Assembly: GCA_004764695.1 (NCBI GenBank)
Contig: SMSO01000014.1
Span: 1,173,648 to 1,237,647, forward strand
Direction of reading: 5' to 3'
DNA: 64,000 nt
Source of the DNA: Schizochytrium sp. TIO01
Lineage: Eukaryota > Protista > Bigyra: Labyrinthulomycetes
Within the stretch, counting starts at the first letter, position 1, and the number at the start of each line of letters is the position of its first letter. Shown piece by piece: positions 35,491 through 45,809 of the stretch. The position numbers and the translations under genes were made by a program. A model generated the notes under the pieces. The model saw only the letters and a program-made list of their open reading frames with translations, had not been told where the DNA came from and did no database searches.

Positions 35491-37278
35491 ATGAAGACAG
35501 ACTCGTTTGCGGAGGCAGTTCCGGCGGCAGCTCCATTCTCTGGGATGTCAGAAGAAGACCTCAAGGCGCATGCCAAGTACAGGTCGAGGCTTGTGGAGAT
35601 CTACAAAGAGCACGAGCCTGGCAAGCTGGCGACCGTAGACGTGACTCTTTCAGAATGGCGAGGCAGAGAGGAGGAACTTATTTCTAAAACCAAGGACCAA
35701 TATGCGTCTAGGCAGGCTGCTAAGGAAGAATATCAAAAAGTGGTCAGCACTCTGAAGGATTGCTACTCCCGAATTCGACCAGTCGAGGAGATGTACAAGT
35801 TTGACCAATTCTCCTCCCCATGCATTACCGATGCCGAGTTTGAAGCCAAGCCAATGGTTCTCCTTTTGGGACAATACTCTGTGGGAAAGACCACTTTTAT
35901 CAAGCATCTCATTGGAAGGGACTTTCCCGGAATCCGCATCGGGCCTGAACCTACCACAGACCGCTTCGTCGCTGTCATGCATGGTGACCAGGATCAGTGC
36001 ATTCCCGGAAATGCTCTTTGTGCTGCTGCAGACAGGCCTTTTACTGCACTTAACAAGTTCGGTACTTCGTTTACGAGTCGCATGGAGGCTAGTTTATGCA
36101 ATGCTAAGGCCCTCGAATCGATGACCCTCATTGATACACCTGGCGTTCTGTCTGGCGAAAAGCAGCGCATTGGACGCCAATATGACTTCACAGCAGTAGT
36201 AGAATGGTTTGCATCCCGCGCCGATCGAATTCTTCTCCTTTTTGACGCTCACAAGCTTGACATTTCTGACGAGTTTAAGCGCTGCATCGAAGCATTGCAT
36301 GGCCAAGAAGATAAGGTGCGCGTTGTCCTTAACAAGGCAGATTCGGTAACACCCAAACAGCTTATGCGCGTCTACGGAGCACTCATGTGGAGCTTAGGCA
36401 AAATTTCGCGTTCCCCAGAGGTAATGCGCGTATATGTTGGCTCATTCTGGGACAAGCCTCTGCGTCCAGACCACGAGAACCTCGCCTTATTTAAGAGTGA
36501 GTCTGAGGACCTTCTCAGCGACTTGCGTAGCTTGCCTCGCAATAGCGCTATTCGCAAAATTAATGAATTAGTCAAGCGTGCGCGTCTTGCTCGGGTTCAT
36601 GCATACATCATTTCACATCTTAAAGCGCAAATGCCCCACTTCTTTGGAAAGGCATCTAAACAACAGAAGGTCCTCGGAAACCTTGAGCTTGAGTTCCAAG
36701 AAATTGCCTCCAAATATCAGCTTGCACCGAACGATTTCCCCAATGTGAATCGTTTTCGTCAACAAATCCAGACTTTTGATCTATCCAAATTTCCCAAGCT
36801 AAACGAAAAGGCATTGAAAAAGCTTGACAAGGTTCTCAGTGAAGAGATCCCCGCCCTTATGAAGCAAATACAATTGCACGAAGCACCTAACAGCGAGGGA
36901 CAAGCTGTAGCGAGTAGCAACCCGTTTGCCATGCCAAGCGCGGGTTCTCTAACTTCATTTCCGAGTGCTTCGGGTGGTCCTTCGAGTTGGGCTGTCTCAA
37001 ACGCCCTCAAGACTGAGGCTGATAACATCTTTTTCAACTGTCCTTTACAGTCCGGCAAACTCACAGGCGTAGGAGCGGCGCAGGCTTTTGCGTCTACAGG
37101 CCTCACAAATGACGTTCTTGCCAAGGTCTGGTCCCTGGCTGACATTGACAATTGCAATCAGTTAGATCCAGAGCAATTTGCTGTTGCGCTTTACCTCTCT
37201 CGTCTCGCTCAGACTGGCCAGCCTTTGCCTGATACTCTTCCAGCCAGTCTCATTCCACCATCTCGCCGTACGATGTAG
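35491..37278 (+). CDS. EHD1: EH domain-containing ATPase (EHD/RME-1 family)
   Basis: GQYSVGKT, IGPEPTTDRF, DTPGVLSGEKQR, LFDAHKLDISDE, NKAD, RVYGALMWSLGK. C-terminal EH domain (LAKVWSLADID). Confidence 0.96.
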   Translation: MKTDSFAEAVPAAAPFSGMSEEDLKAHAKYRSRLVEIYKEHEPGKLATVDVTLSEWRGREEELISKTKDQYASRQAAKEEYQKVVSTLKDCYSRIRPVEEMYKFDQFSSPCITDAEFEAKPMVLLLGQYSVGKTTFIKHLIGRDFPGIRIGPEPTTDRFVAVMHGDQDQCIPGNALCAAADRPFTALNKFGTSFTSRMEASLCNAKALESMTLIDTPGVLSGEKQRIGRQYDFTAVVEWFASRADRILLLFDAHKLDISDEFKRCIEALHGQEDKVRVVLNKADSVTPKQLMRVYGALMWSLGKISRSPEVMRVYVGSFWDKPLRPDHENLALFKSESEDLLSDLRSLPRNSAIRKINELVKRARLARVHAYIISHLKAQMPHFFGKASKQQKVLGNLELEFQEIASKYQLAPNDFPNVNRFRQQIQTFDLSKFPKLNEKALKKLDKVLSEEIPALMKQIQLHEAPNSEGQAVASSNPFAMPSAGSLTSFPSASGGPSSWAVSNALKTEADNIFFNCPLQSGKLTGVGAAQAFASTGLTNDVLAKVWSLADIDNCNQLDPEQFAVALYLSRLAQTGQPLPDTLPASLIPPSRRTM

Positions 37279-37980
37279 GTTTGCACAGAATATAACGCGT
37301 TTGGGCATCTTAGTTGAGCGCTAAATTTATGAACAATGTAAACATTCTGTTTCAGTTGCCTTGTCAATTTGTGGTAAATTTTGTTGTAACCTAGCTGGGG
37401 CTCATTTTGAGCATCTAAAAATCAAAGAGATATCTCAAGAACTTAGGTAAACTTGTATGAAATAGAGAGGACTAATGTTACTTTAAAGGTTGTGTGGCTT
37501 GGAGTTTGCTTTGTATTCTCGAAAATGAGTTCCTCCTAGGTAGTTGTGCCATTGGATATAGATCATCAAAGATTTCTTCTGTACGATTTTTTTTTGTCGC
37601 AGAGATTGCTTTTTCATAAGTCGAGTCAAGTGTCCATCGCCAGATAAATGGACAAGATTCGGGCTATCATGGCAAATCTCTCGAAGGTAGTATCATGTTA
37701 AGGGGGGAAGAAGATAGCACATCTAAGAAGCTATAAAGTTTGTTCACTATTGTTCAAGACTAGACTTACCTGGATGGTCGTCATTTTCCCACTCTTGTTA
37801 GCGAAAGCCAACTACTATCAAATATTTTACTTTGATTAAAACTCAATTCAAGAAAACATATTACCCAAGTCATCATTATCTTTTTTTTAATTCTCTCCTT
37901 TTTTTTAAAATTGTCACCTGCGACCATTAGCAATATACTGCAAAAAAGCAAACAAGCTTCAAACACCACTTGCAAGAGAG

Positions 37981-38970
37981 ATGGGTACAAGCGAGACTCC
38001 GAAAGGCCGCGACGTCGTCGCTGAGGCAGTTAAAGCTTTTCCTGGAGACGGCCTAGTGGGTGCTTTTGCGTACGGATCTGGCGTGTTTGAGCAGATCGCG
38101 GCAAAGCAAGATGGCGCATCGACAGCCACGAAAGACAAACCCCTTGTCGATATTATTTTGATCGTAGAGGACGCTGTAGAGTGGCACAAGCAGAATCTTG
38201 AAAGATATGCTGGGCATTATTCATGCTTGAGCTTGCTCGGGCCTCAGGTTATTAGCAAAGTTCAACACTCTGGAGGCTATATGTATTTCAACACTGATGT
38301 CACCGTACCTCAGGTGCCAGAGGTGCGCCTCAAGTACGGCGTCATTTCGCAACATGATGCTATTCGTGATTTGACTGAATGGGATGCCTTATACTTGAGT
38401 GGACGTCTTCATAAGCCTGTGCGATTCATTCGTGATGCCGAGCCGGGCGAACCCTTACGCAATGCCCTTCATACAAATTTGGCCCATGCAATGCATACTG
38501 CGTTCTTACTCATGCCGGAGCGCTTCAGCGAACAACAATTGTATCATTGCATCTCCGGGCTCTCATACGCAGGTGATATTCGAATGAGCCTTGCTGAGAA
38601 CCCGGATAAGGTAGCAAACATTGTACGCGGCAGTATGCCACATTTCAAGACGCTCTACGGTCGTTTTCTTGATTCTCCCCAAAGTTCAGGGCTTTTGGGG
38701 AGCTTTTCTTGTTCGCCATCAGAAGATGGAGCGCGTGCAATCCAGCAAGATATGTGTCCGAAGGCGCGCAAATCGATTGCCTCCACGCTTCCGTTCCTAG
38801 CTCACCTTCCTGCTGATCAGCGGATAGACCCTGTAGCTATTCAGAATGTTTTGCGAAAAACTGTTTCTCGCAGCAGCCGTATTCAGAGTGCTAAGGGTCC
38901 ACTAACTGCTGGAGCCTTGACTGCTGTGCGATATGGTCTTCGAAAAGTTGGTAAGCGATTCCTTCGTTAA
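37981..38970 (+). CDS. TAM41: Mitochondrial phosphatidate cytidylyltransferase (Tam41/Mmp37)
   Basis: AFAYGSGVFEQ, YFNT, LKYGVI, DLTEWDALYLSGRLHKPV, GLSYAGDIRM..ENPDKVANIV. Confidence 0.96.
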   Translation: MGTSETPKGRDVVAEAVKAFPGDGLVGAFAYGSGVFEQIAAKQDGASTATKDKPLVDIILIVEDAVEWHKQNLERYAGHYSCLSLLGPQVISKVQHSGGYMYFNTDVTVPQVPEVRLKYGVISQHDAIRDLTEWDALYLSGRLHKPVRFIRDAEPGEPLRNALHTNLAHAMHTAFLLMPERFSEQQLYHCISGLSYAGDIRMSLAENPDKVANIVRGSMPHFKTLYGRFLDSPQSSGLLGSFSCSPSEDGARAIQQDMCPKARKSIASTLPFLAHLPADQRIDPVAIQNVLRKTVSRSSRIQSAKGPLTAGALTAVRYGLRKVGKRFLR

Positions 38971-39886
38971 TATTGACATTCATAAAATTGCTGTATGGAT
39001 ATTAGTTACTAGAAATTAAATAGAGCTACAAAGGCTATTCAATCCACTATGACCAACTTGCGTTGAGTAGATCTGTTTTTTATACTTCCGATACAATGAT
39101 GTTGAACGAAGTCACAGAATACATGCCAAGTGGCAAGTGGTTTTTGTATTGTATTGTTTTGTTTTATTTTTTCTTCCAAAGAAATTTGTTTGTTTCTTGT
39201 TCCCTTTCCTTAAATATAATAAAATAGAATAATATACAAGCTTTTTGCAACGCTCCGGATGCTGGTGTTTACAAGTAACCCCCACCCTCTTTACGTTCGC
39301 CAACTTGAGAGAGTAAGTCCTCGTTGTCCTCATTCTGTCAGGGTATTTAGTCCATCACTGTCTCGCTGCAGGTGGCTTTTCTTTCAGCCTCAATTTCTCC
39401 ATTCTGTGAGCTCGTGTGATCTTACAATTCTCGCCGGCGATGCTCTTTGTTCATAACTGAAGAATATGATTGTTAGAGAACCATAAGGAACCAATTTCCT
39501 TAACAGCCTCCTAATTGAAGTGCTAATGCTCTGATTTAATTCTTTTTGTAGCATTGGATTTTTTAAGTTGGTAAGTGGGACTTTATCAATAGGTAGTAGG
39601 TCTATGCAATATTACAATGTAATTAAAGTACAAAGAAGAATATGAGGTTTCTCCTTTTTGTTCCGTGAAGAAGAGTGCATGATTTCTTTCGGAGTCTCGG
39701 GTAAATCTGAAGCGATCTTGATCCTTTCTACATAGCTTTGGCTCCAAGCATAGGCAAAAGGGCTGTGCAAAACGGTAACGCCTCGTTTTGCAGAAGCACC
39801 TTACCTGCTGAGGGACTCTACACGGCGCGGGAGGCGTGTTTTGGGTTGAAGGACACGTCAAGGAATCGTTGACCCCAGGACTAAAG

Positions 39887-41029
39887 ATGGGTCAAGACCC
39901 AGCACGAACGGCCTCTCGAGGCGGCCAAACGATGCGAAACTGGCAGAAGACATTAATGGTGGCAATCATGTTTGCAGTGGTGATAGTACAATTATCTGCT
40001 GCTGAAATCGAAGCGAAGGTGTCACGCAAAGAAAATGTAAACTCGGCTCGCTTTATTGGCCTCGAAACAGAACTTGTCTACCTTCCGGGCCATACCAAAT
40101 TCGAGCATGTCACAAGCCCTCGCGCACACGAGCTGCTTGCTAGCCATGAAGAAACCATTCCTGAGCACTGGAATTGGGGCAATGTGAAAGGTCGCAACTA
40201 CTTGACCAAAATGATCAACCAGCACATCCCTCATTACTGCGGGTCCTGCTGGGCTCATGCTTCCCTCTCCGCTCTTGCTGATCGCATCAAAATCGCACGT
40301 CACGGAAAAGGTATTGATATTAATTTGTCCGTTCAATATCTTCTCAATTGCGGTGGCACCTTGGCTGGAAGCTGCCTCGGCGGCAGCCACAGTGGAGCAT
40401 ATCAACTCATCCACGAGAAAGGATATGTCCCCTTTGACACGTGCCTTCAGTATGAGGCGTGCAGTAAGGATGTGAATTTTTCAAAAGTCTGCTTACAGAA
40501 CAATTATGAGTGTGTCCCTGAGAACATTTGCCGCACGTGTTGGATTGATATTGGCAAGGCACCGTCGGTCTTTGTTCCCAAGTGTGGCCCTGTAGAACTT
40601 TTTCCGAATGCCACGGTTGCCGAATATGGTAATGTCACTGGTGCAGATAACATGAAGGCTGAGATTTACAAACGTGGACCCATTGCCTGCTCGATCAACT
40701 CCGTCCCAATCGCTGACTACGAGGGTGGTATTATTGATGACCCTGTCTCCCCCAAGGAAACCACACATGTTGTATCCATTGTTGGGTGGGACAAAACAAA
40801 GTCTGGCACTGAGTTCTGGATTGCACGCAACTCCTGGGGAGAATACTATGGTCACTCTGGATTCTTTTTCATCAAACTCGGCGAGAACCAGCTTGGAATC
40901 GAGTCGCACTGTTCATGGGCCACGCCCGGCCCCTTTACAGAGGTCAACCAACCATGCTATGAGGATGGTCGCAATTGCAATGAACAGGACCAGCCTCCTC
41001 ATACGTTTGAGTCTCTTGAACTTCAGTAA
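39887..41029 (+). CDS. CTSZ: Cathepsin Z/X-like papain-family (C1A) cysteine peptidase
   Basis: NQHIPHYCGSCWAH (mini-loop and catalytic Cys), THVVSIVGW, WIARNSWGEYYG, N-terminal hydrophobic signal. Start is ATG 39887 or 39932. Confidence 0.92.
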   Translation: MGQDPARTASRGGQTMRNWQKTLMVAIMFAVVIVQLSAAEIEAKVSRKENVNSARFIGLETELVYLPGHTKFEHVTSPRAHELLASHEETIPEHWNWGNVKGRNYLTKMINQHIPHYCGSCWAHASLSALADRIKIARHGKGIDINLSVQYLLNCGGTLAGSCLGGSHSGAYQLIHEKGYVPFDTCLQYEACSKDVNFSKVCLQNNYECVPENICRTCWIDIGKAPSVFVPKCGPVELFPNATVAEYGNVTGADNMKAEIYKRGPIACSINSVPIADYEGGIIDDPVSPKETTHVVSIVGWDKTKSGTEFWIARNSWGEYYGHSGFFFIKLGENQLGIESHCSWATPGPFTEVNQPCYEDGRNCNEQDQPPHTFESLELQ

Positions 41030-41252
41030 CAAGACAAGCCTAAGTCGACGACATGTTAACATGCCCAGGCAAAGTCTCTTGTTTGCGCCGAAGTTTTGTT
41101 AATGATGTGCCCTGAACTGAATTTTCTTTTTTGGAAAGTCTCTGTCCGTAATACATTTTAAAAAAAAATCAAATCCATCTATCAGTCCAAAGACATTTCT
41201 TTTATTTAGCAAGAATAAGAAGGCAATTACAAATCTGTGTCCATTGTGATTC

Positions 41253-43121
41253 TCAGCGTTTCAATTTCTTTGCGCTTGCAATAAGTAGCGAGAGTCCCAA
41301 GGCTCCTGCAGCACATACACTTGCTTCCCAGGCAAGTTGACGCTTACTAGAATCCTCAGAAAGGTTTGCGAATGCATTATTTTCTCGAAGCTTAGCAGGA
41401 GCCGAAGAGGGAGCGACCCCGCGTGGTGGCCGCGGCGATACAGTCACACGGCGCGGCCGTGTAGACCCTGCATTCTGAGCGCGAGGTTTGGGTGGAGGAG
41501 TTGAGAAATTTTCTTTCATGTCTTTAGAGCATGAGGAGCTCATGGGTTGATCAGTGCAACCCTCTTGAGGTTGAGGCGAACTTGGTGCAGACACGGTGCA
41601 TACATGTTCCTGGGATGACCCAATGCCACTGTTAGCATTTGAAGAGGATATACTCTGTAGCGGCACATCTCTTTCTGGTTTGCAAGGGGATCCCATCTTT
41701 AACTGTTGTACTTTAGGTGAGTTACCTTCCTTCCAAGCACTGACAATAACCTGCAACGCAGTACCTTCAGGGTGCCCGTCACAACTGGATTCTGACTCTG
41801 TAAACAAAGCAATACGAGCCCCTTCCTCATCCTCATCAAGTAGTTTATCGCCTGAAGAAACACTATCTTTGCATGAATCGCTACCCTCAGTAGATTGGCC
41901 ATCATCATCATCGTCAGCACCATCAACAACGCTTGTTAGCAAGGGATCATCTATCGTAAGCCGTGTTGCACTTGCGTCCGATGGAGATCTCCCAGAAACA
42001 AGCATGCCAGCTGCATCATATACTTTGTGGGTTTCTTCTATTTCCTCTTGCTCTTTTTGTTCTTCTTGTCCTTCTTGTTCTTCTTCGACGACGCTTCTAT
42101 GTACAGCAGGAACAGTTTTTAATTCGTCAATCATCTCGGTACATGTCTTGCCTTCAGCTTTAGAAGCATGTTTTGTCGCGCTGGACACAGACCTATCCAC
42201 GACGTGAACAAATTCTATGCGATTGTTAAGTCTATCAGCGTAGAATTTGGGCTCCAAACAACTTGTGAAGCAGGAAGTGTCTGGTTTCACAGAGACTGGC
42301 TTACCTTTAGGACTCTTAACAGATAGAGGCGATGTTGCTGTAGTACCATCGTGCACCAATGAAACAAAGTTCATTGATTGGTTAATAGGTAAGGTTTCGT
42401 CCGAGGACTTGCAAATGGTTTCACTTTTGGGCTGTGGAATAGACGTACTGGATTGTGGGATCTCAAATTGTTCGATTAGTAATGATTTGTTGCGGAGACT
42501 GGGCAAAACAGCTAGAGCCAAAAGCAATGGCAAAAGCAGCACACAGTCATGCATGAACTTTTCTGAAGCAAGTCCGAGCTTCACAAACTCTGATGTGCTG
42601 CCATATGATGAGGCAGACACGGTGGGTATCATGTTTCTTGCTTTGTTGATAGCTTGTGTAGGGAATGCCTCGAAGGTAAACGTCGAAGAACCCCACTTAT
42701 GCTGGATTTTCATAAAGATCTGAGCTTGCACGAAAAACTCAAGGGCAAAGACCCATTTTCGGAAAGAGTGTTGATGCATCAATGGTATGTAAAGAATATA
42801 CAAAAGTGTAGAGAGGACGAGCATGGCAAGCCCAAGCCAAGCATTGAGACTCACAAAGACCACAGTGATGGGTTGCCCGATTGACAAAACGCGGTCAAAT
42901 TCGTACAGCATATCAATAATCCCCACAAACGCTCCCATTGCTGCCATACTCGACATCGTTGTCAAGGCTGAACGGGTTGACCTTTCCTTCAAACTGATTT
43001 GGGTCGCACAAATTGCTTCATGCGCAAAGTAGAGCACCCCAAACACTAAAAATAACCATGGCACTGCACCAGCAAGACCTGAATCTAGTGACGCTTTGAG
43101 CAGCTCTCTTATCTCGTTCAT
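41253..43121 (-). CDS. Hypothetical membrane protein
   Basis: 622 aa. Several hydrophobic segments in the first ~210 aa, a long Ser/acidic disordered region, and a terminal hydrophobic helix followed by KKLKR. Confidence 0.75.
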   Translation of the reverse strand: MNEIRELLKASLDSGLAGAVPWLFLVFGVLYFAHEAICATQISLKERSTRSALTTMSSMAAMGAFVGIIDMLYEFDRVLSIGQPITVVFVSLNAWLGLAMLVLSTLLYILYIPLMHQHSFRKWVFALEFFVQAQIFMKIQHKWGSSTFTFEAFPTQAINKARNMIPTVSASSYGSTSEFVKLGLASEKFMHDCVLLLPLLLALAVLPSLRNKSLLIEQFEIPQSSTSIPQPKSETICKSSDETLPINQSMNFVSLVHDGTTATSPLSVKSPKGKPVSVKPDTSCFTSCLEPKFYADRLNNRIEFVHVVDRSVSSATKHASKAEGKTCTEMIDELKTVPAVHRSVVEEEQEGQEEQKEQEEIEETHKVYDAAGMLVSGRSPSDASATRLTIDDPLLTSVVDGADDDDDGQSTEGSDSCKDSVSSGDKLLDEDEEGARIALFTESESSCDGHPEGTALQVIVSAWKEGNSPKVQQLKMGSPCKPERDVPLQSISSSNANSGIGSSQEHVCTVSAPSSPQPQEGCTDQPMSSSCSKDMKENFSTPPPKPRAQNAGSTRPRRVTVSPRPPRGVAPSSAPAKLRENNAFANLSEDSSKRQLAWEASVCAAGALGLSLLIASAKKLKR

Positions 43122-43343
43122 TGTAGCCTATGTGGAAAGGCAAGGTCCTTGGTCCGAGTATGGCAAGATTGGGTTCTGCGCACCTTTGGCAGGACAGTTG
43201 CTAACCTCATCGATATCAGTAATAGGTCCTATTAGGAGGTAGTAGAGTTCTATTGGGCAAAATGTGTAACGTACTTGATGCTTGCAGAGAAAGAAGGTAG
43301 GGTAGGTATGGTTTGAAAGACCATTGAAAAAATCTCGTGCAGC

Positions 43344-45809
43344 TTAGAATCCAAAATCATCGTTTGTAAGAGGTGATACGAAGTGATGTGCTAGGACCTC
43401 AGCAAGATTTAAGCAATTATTGGGGTTTTCGGAAAGTGTGACCAAAGTAATGTTTATGACCTCGAGGGAATCACCGCCTTGACGTGGTTGTTGCAAAAGA
43501 TAAAGTAAAAGAGACTGTATGCGGCTACGAGCTGAGGAAGGTCCTAAAAGAACAAGTCTGCAAAGTACAAGAACGCACATATGCCTTGTTGCTGGGACTG
43601 GGTCCAGCATTGCACCTTGCAAAAGACGGTGTTCAATCTCTCGAACTAGCTCAGATGAGTCTATTGGAGATGCTGTTTGCTCAGCAAGGACGGGGTCTTT
43701 TTTGGGTGGGGATAGCGGGGAAGAGCTCGGTTTGATTGAGGGATTCTGGCTAACTGCAACGCCAGTTGATAGTTGAGTAAAGAATGGTAAATACTCGCCA
43801 AGAAATTCTACCAAAACGAAACGAGATTTGACTAAAGTCGGAGAATCGAGTAAAGCTAGAAGGTCACGCAGCACTGTGCTAGATATTATTGGGTCAGCAC
43901 ACTCAAGACAAGATCGCCAAACTATAAATAAGGACTCCACTCCAAGACCAGCAGGCCTATCTGCGTATCGAGAGTATGCCAAGTCCAGTAGAAGCCACGC
44001 GAGACCGGGGTCATAGAGAACGCGTGCTCGCAAAGTCTGCAATACTTCGCCTAGGTTTGTTTTAGAAAAGTCTGAAGTCAAAACCTTAATTTGGCGCCCT
44101 GAGCTGTGGCTCGTTGGGGTACGAGCACCTTTAATGTCACTGGCAATCCAAATCATTGCTTTGACTGCTTCTAACTGAACAGCTTCACTCGACCCTGTGC
44201 GACAGACAGCAACAAGGTGCGGCCAGAGTACACTTAAATTGGCACTTTCCTGTAATGGTAAACCAAAGGAAGACATATGGACAACGCGTTCTCGAGCCAA
44301 TGCACCAATTGCTTGACAAACACAGTATCGTGTCGCCTCAGTTGGGTTACTTGTAAGTGTGTCCAGTAGTTCATGCACAACGCAGCTCAAGACATGCTCT
44401 TCACTGCAGCCCTCAGGGTATGCAGGAAGTGACAGTGAATTGAAGAAATGCCAAGGGCACCTACTAAGTGCTGCGATCGATGCAAGACGCACCCGGCGTG
44501 GTCCAGGGTCCCGCACGAGTAAAGCCAAACTAAGAAAAAAAGCTTGAGCAACATCAACTTGACATTTTGAAGAACATGCGAGGATCGAGCAGAGCTCAGC
44601 CCATCGTACCTTCGTTAAAGTATTTCTCAGCAAAAGGTCTGCTGACGTTGGTTGCTTGCAGTGAGGAATATATGGGAAGAGACGTGTTGCAATCATTTCC
44701 GGATTGCTTCTCGCTTTATGAATTAGAAAAAGGCACGCGGATGCCCCCCCTGTACAATCAACTGCAGACAGCGCTTTTAAAGCAGCGTCGACGTCTGAAG
44801 CACGGAGCTCAATTTCTCTCAAAACTCGGAAAGCTGCTGCAGGCGGTGTTGATATTGTCTTTCTAAAGTCAATGACTTCCTTTTCTACCCGCTGAGCGTT
44901 ACTGATTGCTGCCGAACGAATTGAGCTTCTTCGTCTTGTAAGGAGAAAACTCCGCCTTTTATGAGAATCAGGCACTTGAGCTTTTGCTAAAGCATTTTGT
45001 TGCTCTTCAGCTTTTCTGTTCAGAGATGCTGATCCTGGACTCCCTGGAGCTAACGGAGAAAATTCTCCTTCTTTAACTGCTGAAACTGGCGACATTGCTG
45101 ATGTTGGGGTTTGTAGGATAGAGCTAGACCTTGCTCCCTGAACAGCTGATGATGAATTGAATTGCAAATTCAGGGAAGAGATTCCGAAAGTGTCCATGGG
45201 TCCGGACACACTCGACATTCGAGCACTACCTGCAAGACCTAGCAGTTTGGAAATTGTTTTGCCTGATTGTTGTGGTGGTGAACTTTCATTTCGACTCATA
45301 AGCGCTCGAGTGATAGATTCTTGAACTATATCTGGAACTTGGCCTTCGAACATTGCCGGAGCCCACATATCAGTGCCATTGAGAACCTGGAGCCGGTGGT
45401 TCAGGTCAAGAACTTGCGCATACAGTCGAAGCGAGGAAACCTGGCGCCAGACTTCGTCCCCTTTGAACTCTTGTGTAAGGATTGCATGACCCACAGACTT
45501 CAATGTGCATTCTGCCCTTTCCTTTGTACCCTGATCGTGCTGGTTCGCGATCTTTACTACAAGAGTTTCGAGTCCAAGCGAAACAAGCAGATATGCTACG
45601 CATCCCAACGATTTGTCCTGTTCTGAATTCCCCAAAGAAGGCAAAATATTTTGCATAAGAGCTTCCACGAGCGTTGGAGGGGGGGCTACTTGGTGAGCAT
45701 GGATCTGGGACACAAGCTCACGAAGTCTTTTCAGGAGTGCCTTCCCAGCCGTTCCTCGACCATCAAACTTGAGGCAACGCTCCTCAATGTCTGCAAATTC
45801 CCTTTGCAT
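43344..45809 (-). CDS. TSAUCER: TSET/TPLATE complex large subunit TSAUCER (TASH3-like), no SH3 domain
   Basis: Probable start is MQREF at 45809. Several collinear blocks match plant TASH3 as I recall it: AAAFRVLREIEL; LLLRNTLTKVRWAELCSILA; AFFLSLALLVRDPGPRRV; EAVKAMIWI; GEVLQTLRARVLYDPGLAWLLLDLA..LFIVWRSCL. Confidence 0.72.
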   Translation of the reverse strand: MQREFADIEERCLKFDGRGTAGKALLKRLRELVSQIHAHQVAPPPTLVEALMQNILPSLGNSEQDKSLGCVAYLLVSLGLETLVVKIANQHDQGTKERAECTLKSVGHAILTQEFKGDEVWRQVSSLRLYAQVLDLNHRLQVLNGTDMWAPAMFEGQVPDIVQESITRALMSRNESSPPQQSGKTISKLLGLAGSARMSSVSGPMDTFGISSLNLQFNSSSAVQGARSSSILQTPTSAMSPVSAVKEGEFSPLAPGSPGSASLNRKAEEQQNALAKAQVPDSHKRRSFLLTRRRSSIRSAAISNAQRVEKEVIDFRKTISTPPAAAFRVLREIELRASDVDAALKALSAVDCTGGASACLFLIHKARSNPEMIATRLFPYIPHCKQPTSADLLLRNTLTKVRWAELCSILACSSKCQVDVAQAFFLSLALLVRDPGPRRVRLASIAALSRCPWHFFNSLSLPAYPEGCSEEHVLSCVVHELLDTLTSNPTEATRYCVCQAIGALARERVVHMSSFGLPLQESANLSVLWPHLVAVCRTGSSEAVQLEAVKAMIWIASDIKGARTPTSHSSGRQIKVLTSDFSKTNLGEVLQTLRARVLYDPGLAWLLLDLAYSRYADRPAGLGVESLFIVWRSCLECADPIISSTVLRDLLALLDSPTLVKSRFVLVEFLGEYLPFFTQLSTGVAVSQNPSIKPSSSPLSPPKKDPVLAEQTASPIDSSELVREIEHRLLQGAMLDPVPATRHMCVLVLCRLVLLGPSSARSRIQSLLLYLLQQPRQGGDSLEVINITLVTLSENPNNCLNLAEVLAHHFVSPLTNDDFGF

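Noticed and set aside
3488-38970. PLD, cytochrome b5 and TAM41 as a lipid gene cluster
   Set aside because: They are spread over 35 kb among unrelated genes and act in different compartments.
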